A stretch of DNA of 32,000 nucleotides from Aliivibrio fischeri ES114 (GTDB lineage Bacteria > Pseudomonadota > Gammaproteobacteria > Enterobacterales > Vibrionaceae). Both the position numbers and the translations under genes were made by a program. The first letter of the stretch is position 1, and the number at the start of each line of letters is the position of its first letter. Shown here piece after piece: positions 17,930 to 26,755 of this stretch. The notes beneath the pieces were generated by a model. The model did no database searches. It was not told the origin of the DNA and was given only the letters and a program-made list of their open reading frames with translations. The stretch lies in NCBI RefSeq assembly GCF_000011805.1, contig NC_006841.2. The stretch is one strand, 5' to 3'.

Positions 17930-18436
17930 ATGAAATCAGTAACATTTCAAGGTAACCCAGTAGATATTTCAGGAAACTTTCCGAGTAAAGGGCAAACAAT
18001 CAAAAACTTTCTACTTTGTAACTCAGATCTTTCTGACATCACATTAGACAACTTTGAAGAAAGAAATCTAATTATGTATACCTACCCAAGTGTAGACACT
18101 CCTGTTTGCAGCAAAAGTCTTGTTTATCTCAACGCTAAAGCTAAAACCCTGACCAATACAACTGTTTTATGCATTTCTGCCGATCTACCATTTGCTACAA
18201 ACAGATTTTGTAAGAATGAAGAACTAACGAGCATTCAAACAGCATCTTTTTTTCGCTCTGAAAACTTTACAGAGGACTATGGCGTAAACCTAAATAAAGG
18301 CGTATTACGTGGATTAGCTGCACGTTCAATAATCATTGTAAACAGCATGGGAATAATCGTACACTCTGAACTTGTTGATGAAATAACTAATGAGCCAGAT
18401 TATGATACTATCAATGAAGTTTTAGAGACTTTATAA
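17930..18436 (+). CDS. tpx: thiol peroxidase (atypical 2-Cys peroxiredoxin)
   Basis: 168 aa, collinear with E. coli Tpx (FQGNPV, PSVDTPVC, VLCISADLPFA, NRFC, GLAARSIIIV, LVDEITNEPDYD). The peroxidatic Cys (TPVC) and the resolving Cys (RFCKNE) are both present. There is no signal peptide. Confidence 0.9.
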   Translation: MKSVTFQGNPVDISGNFPSKGQTIKNFLLCNSDLSDITLDNFEERNLIMYTYPSVDTPVCSKSLVYLNAKAKTLTNTTVLCISADLPFATNRFCKNEELTSIQTASFFRSENFTEDYGVNLNKGVLRGLAARSIIIVNSMGIIVHSELVDEITNEPDYDTINEVLETL

Positions 18437-19047
18437 TGAAAAAAATTACATTACTTATCGGCATGCTACTTTCCACAAGTGTATTTGCTGAAAAACAGTT
18501 TGAGATTACACAAAAAAATGCAGCGTTTGGTACTCAACAAACTGTTACCTTAGAAAATAAAGTTAACTTTAATTTATCTGGAAACGCAATAAAGGTCGGC
18601 GATTACTTTCCATCAATAGAGTTAATAACATCAAATTTACAAAGCTTCGACACTAGCGAATCGGGCAGAGTTAAGATTTACAGCTTATTAACATCTATCG
18701 ATACACCTGTATGTGTTCAACAAGCAATTGACTTAGCTAAATTCACAACAAAACACTCCAATATGAACAATGGAATCGAGTTTTACGCTATAAGTGCAGA
18801 CACTCCTTTTGCCCAACAAAGATTTATAAACAAGTATAATCTTAATGGTTTAAAATTCCTTTCCGACTCTATTGAACACAATTTTGGGAAAGAAACAGGA
18901 GCACAAATTAAGGAGTTAGGTCTACTAACTCGGAGTATCATTGTTGTAGATAAAAACAATAAGATAGCTTATTATCAAAGAGTTCCTGAATTGACAACGA
19001 TACCTGATTTAAATAAAGCGGTTAATATTGCAAAAACACTAATCTAA
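18436..19047 (+). CDS. secreted Tpx-like peroxiredoxin paralogue (single Cys)
   Basis: 203 aa with a Sec signal peptide MKKITLLIGMLLSTSVFA|EK. The Tpx core is recognisable (SIDTPVC, AISADTPFAQQRF, LLTRSIIVVD). The protein has only one Cys, and the resolving-Cys position reads RFINK. Its ATG overlaps the tpx stop (TAATG). Confidence 0.8.
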   Translation: MKKITLLIGMLLSTSVFAEKQFEITQKNAAFGTQQTVTLENKVNFNLSGNAIKVGDYFPSIELITSNLQSFDTSESGRVKIYSLLTSIDTPVCVQQAIDLAKFTTKHSNMNNGIEFYAISADTPFAQQRFINKYNLNGLKFLSDSIEHNFGKETGAQIKELGLLTRSIIVVDKNNKIAYYQRVPELTTIPDLNKAVNIAKTLI

Positions 19048-19060
19048 TTAAATCAAAAAA

Positions 19061-19084
19061 ATAGCCTGCTAATAAGCAGGCTAT
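19061..19084. terminator. bidirectional rho-independent terminator between the tpx pair and the MCP
   Basis: ATAGCCTGCT-aata-AGCAGGCTAT, a 10-bp stem flanked by AAAAAA upstream and TTCTCTTT downstream. A second hairpin, GGTGGGA-gtaaa-TCCCACC (19182-19200), sits directly after the MCP stop. Confidence 0.7.
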
Positions 19085-19203
19085 TTCTCTTTCATAATTA
19101 CCCATAATTAAGATATTCTCTCATGGATAGCTTATCACTGATATCCTATCATAATAGCGGCTACGAATGTAATAATTATGGGGTGGGAGTAAATCCCACC
19201 AAA

Positions 19204-20412
19204 TTATATTGTAAAATTACTTAAACCTTTATCTTGTTTATTAATTAAAGTCATCACATTATTACATTGAAAATATACATCTTTCATTTTTTCTGATGCT
19301 TCTTTCGTTGAAAGATACAGATCATTAATATTTCGATTAACATCACTAATAGCAATAGCTTGTTCTTCTGTAGCCGTCGCAATAACAACACTTGAGTCAC
19401 TCATTTTTCTAATACCCTCGACAATTATATCTATCGATTTATTAACAACTATCGATTTACTGACACAATCGTCAATCAAAGTAATCACTTGTTTTTCCAT
19501 AATATCACTAACATGTAATGTTCTTGACATAATAGTGTCAACAATTGTATTAATTTTCCCAGTAGATTCTTGTGTTTTTTGCGCGAGTACTCTAACTTCA
19601 TCAGCAACTACAGCAAAACCTCGACCAGATTCACCAGCCCTTGCTGCTTCTATTGCTGCATTTAGTGCTAATAGATTAGTTTGCTCCGCAATATTGCTAA
19701 TAATATATATAATATCATTAATATTTTGAGTCTCAACTTTCAAATCTCGAACAGATTCAGAGCATGAGGTAATTGCTTCATGTACAAGATTCACTGACTC
19801 TGAGGACATGTTTATTAATTCTTTTGCTTTCTCACTTTCAGATAAGGCAATACTAGAATCAACTGATGATTGCTCTGTATTTTTAACAACATTAATGATA
19901 GTGGAATACATTTGATCACTAGCTGTAACTATTTGAGTTATTTTTGACTCTTGCTCCATACCCATATCATTTAAATCGTTAATAATATTATTAACAGTCC
20001 CCATACCTGAAATAACAATACCACTATTATTTGCAAGCTCCTGAACTAGATTATGTACTGGAATCCTAAAGCTTCTTAACCCTAATGCTATTTTACCAAA
20101 CTCATCATATTTAAATTTACCAATATTTAATGCCTCACAAACAGGGCCCTCTCGTAAATCAAACTTTTGTAATTGATTCATATGTTCTGTTAATACTTTC
20201 AAATGAGGTATAATGCTATTATATGTAAAAATAGCAGATATAAAAGTCAAAAAAACAATAATATAATTAAATATTATAAGATGTTTAATAATATCTTTTG
20301 AAAAAAAATCCTCAATTTGGTTTATTACAACAACACCGTTTACAAACAACATTAATAATATACTATACAATATAAATAAAACTTTAAATTTTATAGATTT
20401 TGATTGCTTCAT
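19204..20412 (-). CDS. methyl-accepting chemotaxis protein, membrane-hairpin type without a periplasmic ligand-binding domain
   Basis: Contains the highly conserved signalling-domain core [35 protein letters not shown]. Two N-terminal TM helices are separated by only ~12 aa and are followed by a HAMP-like segment. The start was moved to ATG 20412 (GAGG 6 nt upstream); the ORF-track TTG at 20424 overlaps that SD. Confidence 0.9.
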   Translation of the reverse strand: MKQSKSIKFKVLFILYSILLMLFVNGVVVINQIEDFFSKDIIKHLIIFNYIIVFLTFISAIFTYNSIIPHLKVLTEHMNQLQKFDLREGPVCEALNIGKFKYDEFGKIALGLRSFRIPVHNLVQELANNSGIVISGMGTVNNIINDLNDMGMEQESKITQIVTASDQMYSTIINVVKNTEQSSVDSSIALSESEKAKELINMSSESVNLVHEAITSCSESVRDLKVETQNINDIIYIISNIAEQTNLLALNAAIEAARAGESGRGFAVVADEVRVLAQKTQESTGKINTIVDTIMSRTLHVSDIMEKQVITLIDDCVSKSIVVNKSIDIIVEGIRKMSDSSVVIATATEEQAIAISDVNRNINDLYLSTKEASEKMKDVYFQCNNVMTLINKQDKGLSNFTI

Positions 20413-21370
20413 TACAAACCTCAATTAAATAAAAACCACATTAAAACTAAAACTATATAGACTTTTCACAAACCAATTCAGTTATTTTATGCAAATTACA
20501 AAACATAAAATGCTAAATTTAGAGTTAATTAGCTCCAAACAATAAGATGAAAAGCATATAAAATGATATCGTACTTTCTATTTCGTTACCCAAGAACGAA
20601 TAAACTACGATAATGGTTTAACTCGCTATGTGGTCACTCCATAACCCAATAATAGTCCTTAAAATCATCAGATTTTTTAACTCGCAATCTCTTATGCTAG
20701 TGATTGAATATGAGGAATATTGTTCAAACCAACTCCCCTTTACCTTGTAACTATTAACTTATAAACCTTTATTTAGTTAAAGCGCAATTGTAATGATGGG
20801 CGATAACACTCTAATGTATCTAAAATCTGATATGTTGTGGGCTTTTACAACGACAAATGGCTATCCATCGCATCATCAACAAACTTCGTTTTACACCTTA
20901 TTTTGCTCTATCTTTTGGGATTTTGCCTTTTTTGAACTAGTTAACGAGACTTTAGTTTATGGCTTTCATTTATATAAATAAGTCAATCAAAACATCCATA
21001 AATCAAGCTATTTTTCAAAATCGTGCAAAACCCTGTCTCATTAAATACACTCCACTGACAACAAGTTCAGAAAATAAAAAAACGTTCATCACATCACTAT
21101 TATCGGCTATTTCGATGTGTATATAGAAAGATTGATAGTCTTATGGGAGGGTAATCGCGGCTGAATTTATTCTTAGAAAAATAAAGATTAAGTATTATGT
21201 TGAGCTTATTTACAGGATTTCCAATAAGTATTGATTTAATCCAAATAACACCAATTGAGATAAATTTTAAACTACTAACTTTGTTAGTATAAAATTAGCT
21301 CAATTTTGACTTATTACATACCCTACTACTTAATAGTCAAAAGTCTTTTCAACACAATAAACTAACAAAA

Positions 21371-21402
21371 AAGCCCAAAGTAGTGATTTACGCTTTGGGC
21401 TT
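21371..21402 (-). terminator. rho-independent terminator of the YhcH-family gene
   Basis: On the minus strand: AAGCCCAAAG-(12-nt loop)-CTTTGGGCTT followed by TTTTGTT. It lies 34 nt downstream of the stop at 21436. Confidence 0.7.
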
Positions 21403-21435
21403 ATCTATTCTTTTCGATAAAACTGAGGATGTACT

Positions 21436-21906
21436 CTACACCAACAATGCACTATTCACTTTAATGATTAACTTCTTCACTGCTGCTGGCGTATCATTAA
21501 CCGCTACAAGAGGACGATGAGGTTGCTTAGGGTTAAAGATAATAAACTCTCCTTTACCTAGCGTTACAAATTGCTCATCTTTTACATCATTACTAAAAGC
21601 AATGTCTTTCTCTTCTAAGTAATCGTCTTCAATCGATATTAATGGATACTCACTGTAGCCAAACGTCTCACTACCTTCTAATAATAGTTGTACATCTAGG
21701 TATTTGTGATGAATTTCAGAGCGGCGGTTTTCCTTTAACTCCGTTTTATCATCAACAATAAAATACACTGACTCATCATGAGGCAATGGGTAATTCCCAA
21801 CCGATGTATTCTGCTCAGTTTGCTCTTTTACATATTGAATAATTTCGATAATCACAGGATGCAAATCTGCTCCTTGAATATCTTTACTCCACTTACCTAT
21901 AAACAC
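21436..21906 (-). CDS. YhcH/YjgK/YiaL-family (EbgC-like, DUF386) protein
   Basis: 156 aa. Resembles E. coli YhcH as recalled (EIHHKYLDVQLLLEGSE vs ELHEQYIDIQLLLNGEE; PKQPHRP vs PGEPHKP; VKKLIIKV vs IKKVVVKV). The start is GTG with GAGG 6 nt upstream. Confidence 0.75.
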   Translation of the reverse strand: MFIGKWSKDIQGADLHPVIIEIIQYVKEQTEQNTSVGNYPLPHDESVYFIVDDKTELKENRRSEIHHKYLDVQLLLEGSETFGYSEYPLISIEDDYLEEKDIAFSNDVKDEQFVTLGKGEFIIFNPKQPHRPLVAVNDTPAAVKKLIIKVNSALLV

Positions 21907-22019
21907 GATGACCTCAAATTAATGCGTTTAATTGAAGTAAAATAGTAGCATGAGTTATTCCTATGAGTAAGTTATAATCAGCATGATAATTCATTGATGA
22001 TATTCAAAAAAGGGACTTC

Positions 22020-23030
22020 ATGGCTAAACAAAACCCTATTTACCTTATTCGTGTATATGCAGCCAAAATGCTGATTGAGCATGCTATGAAGCATTATGGG
22101 TTAAGTCATTCAGACTTTAATATGCCAAGTGATTTATTTAATTATGAATTAAAACTAATGCCCTTACGTGATTTTGAAGCTTTACTTTGTAAGATAGAAG
22201 ATTTAACTCAAGACCCCGCTTATACAGCCAAATTATCGCAATCCACTAACTTGAAACAGTTTGGCCCTTTCGTGCAATTAATCGCAAGCTCAACCAATCT
22301 TGGTATGGCAATTAAACGAGTTAATACTGTTCATAATGCGATTCAATCTGGGGTTCAAGTAAATATGTTACTTAGTGGCTCAATAGCTAAGTGGCGTTTT
22401 TTAAGCCCAACAACTCTACCTCAAGCACGCATCCATGAAAGCATTCTTGCTGCCGGGTCTTTTTTACGTTTGCTGAAATTATTTCACGGTGAAGATTACC
22501 AACCTATCGCAATTCACTTAACTGGAACACCATCGAGCAATCAGCATGAAGTTGAATCCATTTTCAATTGTCCCATCACATGGAACTGTCCAAACACTCA
22601 AGTATGGTTCCCAGTTAAAGACATTACATGTCCAAGACGTTTTGAGCTGCCGACCTCGCAAATCAAAGCCTTTACTGTTGAACAAGCAATGAGTTACATG
22701 TTGATTCCACAACCACATGACATTCTAAAAGTCGTATTCGAACTAACCAAATACGCTTTATTTTATGGCTATCCAACTCTTGAATTTGTGGCTGACAAGG
22801 TTGGTATGAAACCTCTTACGTTACAGCGTCGCTTACAAGAACAAAGTATTTCTTTTACTAACATTGTTCACCACAGCGTTTGTGATGAGGCCATAACCTT
22901 AATGAGCACAAAGTTAACAATGGACGAGATTGCGCGCCGTGTAGGTTATAAAAGCACAGCCTCTTTCTCTGTTGCATTTAAACGTATGTATGGTGTAACA
23001 CCACAATTATATCGACAAGACTATATTTAA
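22020..23030 (+). CDS. AraC-family transcriptional regulator
   Basis: 336 aa. C-terminal AraC HTH (LEFVADKVGMKPLTLQRRLQEQ ... RRVGYKSTASFSVAFKRMYGVTPQLYRQ). The N-terminal ~230 aa looks like the arabinose-binding-like domain of the OruR/VirS-type subgroup. AGGGA SD. Confidence 0.85.
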   Translation: MAKQNPIYLIRVYAAKMLIEHAMKHYGLSHSDFNMPSDLFNYELKLMPLRDFEALLCKIEDLTQDPAYTAKLSQSTNLKQFGPFVQLIASSTNLGMAIKRVNTVHNAIQSGVQVNMLLSGSIAKWRFLSPTTLPQARIHESILAAGSFLRLLKLFHGEDYQPIAIHLTGTPSSNQHEVESIFNCPITWNCPNTQVWFPVKDITCPRRFELPTSQIKAFTVEQAMSYMLIPQPHDILKVVFELTKYALFYGYPTLEFVADKVGMKPLTLQRRLQEQSISFTNIVHHSVCDEAITLMSTKLTMDEIARRVGYKSTASFSVAFKRMYGVTPQLYRQDYI

Positions 23031-23131
23031 TTAAAATAACTCAAAAACCATCAAACCTGTAAAATCAGGAAGGTTAAAAAGTAAGCAATAAGAGTTCTAA
23101 TTAGAACTCTACATTAATTACTATTTGGTTT

Positions 23132-24928
23132 ATGAATATTATGATTAAAAAACGTCTAAAATTAAAATTGATTTTATTAGTGCTCACTAGCTTATTGCTC
23201 GTCTCTTGTAAAAATGACAATGACGAAGATCACTCCAATATTTCCACAATCACTATCACACCAAAAGAAGTACCGACACAAGGTGTTAGTGGTTACGTTT
23301 TAAGGACCGTCCAACAACTAGAACTTATCGCTATAGCTGAAAACAGGGACAACACCACTCAAGATATTACAAAACACGTAACATGGCATAGTACTGTCCC
23401 TGAAGCGGCCAAAATGAATGGCTCTTCCGTTGTGGGGGTAGATATTGGTGAAACCGAGATATCAGCACGCTATAATGGCATTGAGAGTAGTAACTCAATA
23501 CACATCAGAGTAAACTATGGTAACATTAAAAATCTTCGAATAACCCCTGCAATAACATCAATATCAAAAACGCTCCCAGTACAGCTAAATTTAACAAGCG
23601 TATTTGAAGATCGTACGACAGCTAACATAAGTACTCGTAGATGGTCATCATCAAACGAAGACGTTGCGAGCGTATCAATAACAGGGTTAGTTACACCTAA
23701 AAAAGTTGGTGAAACGACAATCACAGCAAGAAAAGGAAGAAAAAAAGCAACCGCAAAAATCATTGTAACAGATGCAGAGCTTAAAAAAATTACCCTTTTC
23801 CCCTTAAATGCTTATGATGGGGTAACAAAAGTTGGAGTTGTTATAGCACCGCTCGGAAAAAAGACCCAACTAAAGGCGATGGGTACATTTGATGACCATA
23901 CAGCCAGAGAGCTTGATCCATCTAAGGTCACTTGGAAATCAGAAGACAAGCAAATAGCAACGGTATCAAACCGAGGGGAAATAACACCCCAAAAAATGGG
24001 CAAAATTAATATCACAGCAACTAAAGATGGCATAAGCGAAACCTTACCACTTGAAGTAATCCACCCTAAAATTGCAAAAATAATGATAGAGCCCGGTGCC
24101 GGCGACAGGATTGAAACTCCACTAGGTCGTGAAGTTCAATTAACTGTTTCAGGAATATTAACTGACGGTAGAAAAGTACAAAATTTGGCGACACACATTA
24201 GACTCCTCTCAACGAACGCGGCAACGATGAGATATGAGATAGGAAAACCAGCAGTTCTCGTTCCTGTTACACCAGGAGAAGCAACCGTTACTGCAACAGT
24301 AGACGGTCACATCGCTACCTCATCGATAACCATAACCCCTGAAGTGTTAGAAAGAATTATAATCACACCAGAAAAAGCGTCTGTTCCATTATATGGAACG
24401 ATTCAATTAACAGCTAAGGGAGTTTTCTCAAACTCCAATGAACCGAAAGACATTACGAATGTAGCGTGGGATACAACATCAAGATTCGGTATTGTAGCCC
24501 TCGATAATAAAGGTAAAGTTACCTTATTAAAAGACGGCGATACAAACATTATCGCTACAAAAAACTCAATTCAATCTACAGTGACAATAACCTCTGAGGA
24601 CAAATTAGCTTCCATTTCATTCCCAAAAAAAGAATATTATATTGAGAAAGGCAAATCAGGTAAGCCTCTAGAGGTAATAGGAACAACCCAAAGCGGAAAA
24701 CAAATCTTACTCCACAACTCCTCTTTAAAATTTCATTCTAATGATTCAAAAGTAGCATCTGTGATAAACGGTCGAATAACAAACCCAGGACAAGGCTCGG
24801 TGACAATAACTGCAATATATGAACTTTGGTCTGATAAAGGAAGAAAGCAGCTTAGAGCACAAATGAGGTTCACGTGTATCGAGCACGTCTACTCCGTCAC
24901 ATGTAGAATCCCTAAACCCTCTAGATAG
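23132..24928 (+). CDS. lipoprotein with six tandem bacterial Ig-like (Big_2-type) repeats
   Basis: Lipobox LLVS|C (Cys26). It has six ~80-90 aa repeats with recurring I-T-P ... Q-L ... V-T-W-x-S ... A-x-V ... G-x-V-T-x-x-x-x-G-x-x-x-I-T-A patterns. The repeats start at about aa 39, 134, 217, 316, 407 and 494. Confidence 0.8.
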   Translation: MNIMIKKRLKLKLILLVLTSLLLVSCKNDNDEDHSNISTITITPKEVPTQGVSGYVLRTVQQLELIAIAENRDNTTQDITKHVTWHSTVPEAAKMNGSSVVGVDIGETEISARYNGIESSNSIHIRVNYGNIKNLRITPAITSISKTLPVQLNLTSVFEDRTTANISTRRWSSSNEDVASVSITGLVTPKKVGETTITARKGRKKATAKIIVTDAELKKITLFPLNAYDGVTKVGVVIAPLGKKTQLKAMGTFDDHTARELDPSKVTWKSEDKQIATVSNRGEITPQKMGKINITATKDGISETLPLEVIHPKIAKIMIEPGAGDRIETPLGREVQLTVSGILTDGRKVQNLATHIRLLSTNAATMRYEIGKPAVLVPVTPGEATVTATVDGHIATSSITITPEVLERIIITPEKASVPLYGTIQLTAKGVFSNSNEPKDITNVAWDTTSRFGIVALDNKGKVTLLKDGDTNIIATKNSIQSTVTITSEDKLASISFPKKEYYIEKGKSGKPLEVIGTTQSGKQILLHNSSLKFHSNDSKVASVINGRITNPGQGSVTITAIYELWSDKGRKQLRAQMRFTCIEHVYSVTCRIPKPSR

Positions 24929-24950
24929 ATAATAAATATGTAATAAAGAT

Positions 24951-24980
24951 CCAAGAAAGTCTTTTTGTTGATTTTCTTGG
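24951..24980 (+). terminator. putative terminator after the Big_2 lipoprotein gene
   Basis: CCAAGAAA(gt)-loop-(at)TTTCTTGG followed by TTCTT. It lies 23 nt after the stop. Confidence 0.45.
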
Positions 24981-25124
24981 TTCTTACTCTGTAATATACT
25001 TTGCAGACCTTCCTTTTAAAAACATCAAAAATAAATAATTAATGATATAAACAAATACTAAACGTCGAATTTTTTCCGGTTTTGCCACATGATGCTTGCC
25101 CATTATTATTGAGGTGAGTCATTT

Positions 25125-25487
25125 ATGAGTTTAGTCAGTATGCCGTTTGTTGGTTCTGGACAAGATTTAGGGTTACACATTGCAGCAAGCGTCGTTATGA
25201 TAGGAAGCATAGTCGCTCTTGGTTATGGTTTTTGGAAACTTCATGAATTACCAATTAACAAAGCACATAGCAAACAACATCAACAAATTGGTCTAATTAC
25301 CGCCCTCACATGGATAGGATTTGTTTGGCATTGGGTGTGGGTTTTAGCCGTTATTTGTGCCTTTGTTGATGCAGAAAAAGCCTTAATTAAAGTTCGAGAT
25401 ATTTGGCGACAACCTCCAACCATTGAATCATCGACACAAAAAGCATCGACGGCTAAACCAACTCAAGAGGAGAATCATCATGCTTGA
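25125..25487 (+). CDS. small inner-membrane protein, YiaW/YibI-like (DUF3302-type)
   Basis: 120 aa with two hydrophobic helices flanking HELPINKAHSKQH, then a polar tail. It sits immediately upstream of, and overlaps, a HlyD-like gene, as in E. coli yiaW-yiaV and yibI-yibH. GAGGTGAG SD. The family assignment comes from architecture and recall, not from an alignment. Confidence 0.6.
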   Translation: MSLVSMPFVGSGQDLGLHIAASVVMIGSIVALGYGFWKLHELPINKAHSKQHQQIGLITALTWIGFVWHWVWVLAVICAFVDAEKALIKVRDIWRQPPTIESSTQKASTAKPTQEENHHA

Positions 25488-26703
25488 GGGTTTAGCGGTA
25501 TGGGCTCTATTTATATATCTACTTAGAATGGTAGGTATGCCTTGGAATAAATTTACCCAAGCTTTTGCTTATATTGGTGGCGGATCTTGGTTGCTATTTG
25601 TATGGGCAGGGTTACTCAATTATACCCCAATGGATCTTTCTGGTGGTTCTGTTGTTCAATCACCACACATCCAGTTACGTCCTGCAAGCACTCAAATTAA
25701 AGGTACAGTAAAAGCCATTCATATCGAGCCAAACCAAGAGGTCAAAAAAGGACAGTTAGTTTATGAACTCGATGATGAGCTTTACCAAATCGCACTAAAT
25801 AAAGCAGAAGTTGCTTTTGAAGCAAGTGAAGTTGCATTAGCGGTAGCAAAGCAAAATGTAAAACTGGCCAACCAAGCAATTATTGCTTCAGAAAGTGATG
25901 TTGTGGTCAGTCAAAAACAAATTGAAGCGAAGAGCCAAGATTTAAAATACAAAAAACTGACATTGCAACGTTACGTTGAGCAAAATAGAAAAGTAAAAAA
26001 TACCATCACACAAAGCGCATTAGATGAACAAGGTACACTCGTTTCTATTGGTGAAATTGAAGTTGCTAGTGCCATTGCTCAACTTGATAAAGCCAAGCTA
26101 GCAAACGAAAAAGCTCAGCTTGATTTCGACAATGCAAAGTTAGGTGTTAAAGCAAAAGAAAGTGAATTAGCCAGCGCACAAGAAAGCGTAACACAAGCAC
26201 AATGGAACTTAGACAATACTAAAGTTTATGCGCCAGCAGATGGTTATGTTACCAACTTTATCTTACGTGAAGGTCAATATGTTGGAACCGTTCCTCGTAT
26301 GCAAATGTACACCAATGAAAAATATGTGTTAATGCGTGTAAATCATCAAGCAATACGTAACGTAAAAGTTGGACGTCCAGCTGAATTCTCAAGTGCGGTA
26401 TATCCAGGAAAGATATTTGTAGCCGAAGTTGAAGGTATCATTGAGGCAACAGGTGAAGCACAAGCAAACCTACTCGGTAGAGAAACCAATGTTCGTCAAA
26501 CTACGGGGCTAAACGTCAATAACAAACACCATTTTGTACGTTTAAAACTCCAAGAAGACCAAGGATATGATATTCCTGTTGGATCCGTTGGCTTAGCTTG
26601 GGTATCCGGTGAAAAACCAATTGGGTTCATGGCCTTTTTAGATGTAATTCGTGGCATCATCATTCGTATGAAATCACAAATTTACTTCTTCTATTCACTA
26701 TAA
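25480..26703 (+). CDS. HlyD-family membrane-fusion-like protein, YiaV/YibH-like
   Basis: The start was set at ATG 25480 (AGGAG 7 nt upstream; it overlaps the upstream stop as ATGCTTGA). It has two N-terminal TM helices, a lipoyl/barrel-sandwich motif (GTVKAIHIEPNQEVKKGQLVYELD), a long coiled coil, VYAPADGYVTNF, and a C-terminus RGIIIRMKSQIYFFYSL similar to that of YiaV. Confidence 0.85.
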   Translation: MLEGLAVWALFIYLLRMVGMPWNKFTQAFAYIGGGSWLLFVWAGLLNYTPMDLSGGSVVQSPHIQLRPASTQIKGTVKAIHIEPNQEVKKGQLVYELDDELYQIALNKAEVAFEASEVALAVAKQNVKLANQAIIASESDVVVSQKQIEAKSQDLKYKKLTLQRYVEQNRKVKNTITQSALDEQGTLVSIGEIEVASAIAQLDKAKLANEKAQLDFDNAKLGVKAKESELASAQESVTQAQWNLDNTKVYAPADGYVTNFILREGQYVGTVPRMQMYTNEKYVLMRVNHQAIRNVKVGRPAEFSSAVYPGKIFVAEVEGIIEATGEAQANLLGRETNVRQTTGLNVNNKHHFVRLKLQEDQGYDIPVGSVGLAWVSGEKPIGFMAFLDVIRGIIIRMKSQIYFFYSL

Positions 26704-26716
26704 ATACTTTCGTTTT

Positions 26717-26755
26717 GCCCTTCTGCTCAACTCTCTCGAGCGGAGGGGCTTTTTT
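26717..26755 (+). terminator. rho-independent terminator of the YiaW/V-like operon
   Basis: GCCCTTCTGCTC-(9-nt loop)-GAGCGGAGGGGC, a 12-bp stem including two G-U pairs, followed by TTTTTT. It overlaps the stop codon of the convergent LysR gene. Confidence 0.7.

Noticed and set aside
20793-20981. 62-aa ORF in the ORF-poor region
   Set aside because: There is no SD, no recognisable motif, and the composition is odd (rich in Phe, Thr and Trp). This is insufficient to call a gene. The region is reported as a finding instead.
25423-25479. N-terminal extension MNHRHKKHRRLNQLKRRII of the HlyD-like ORF
   Set aside because: It lies entirely within the upstream gene in another frame. AGGAG precedes the internal ATG at 25480, and the YiaV-like N-terminus begins there.
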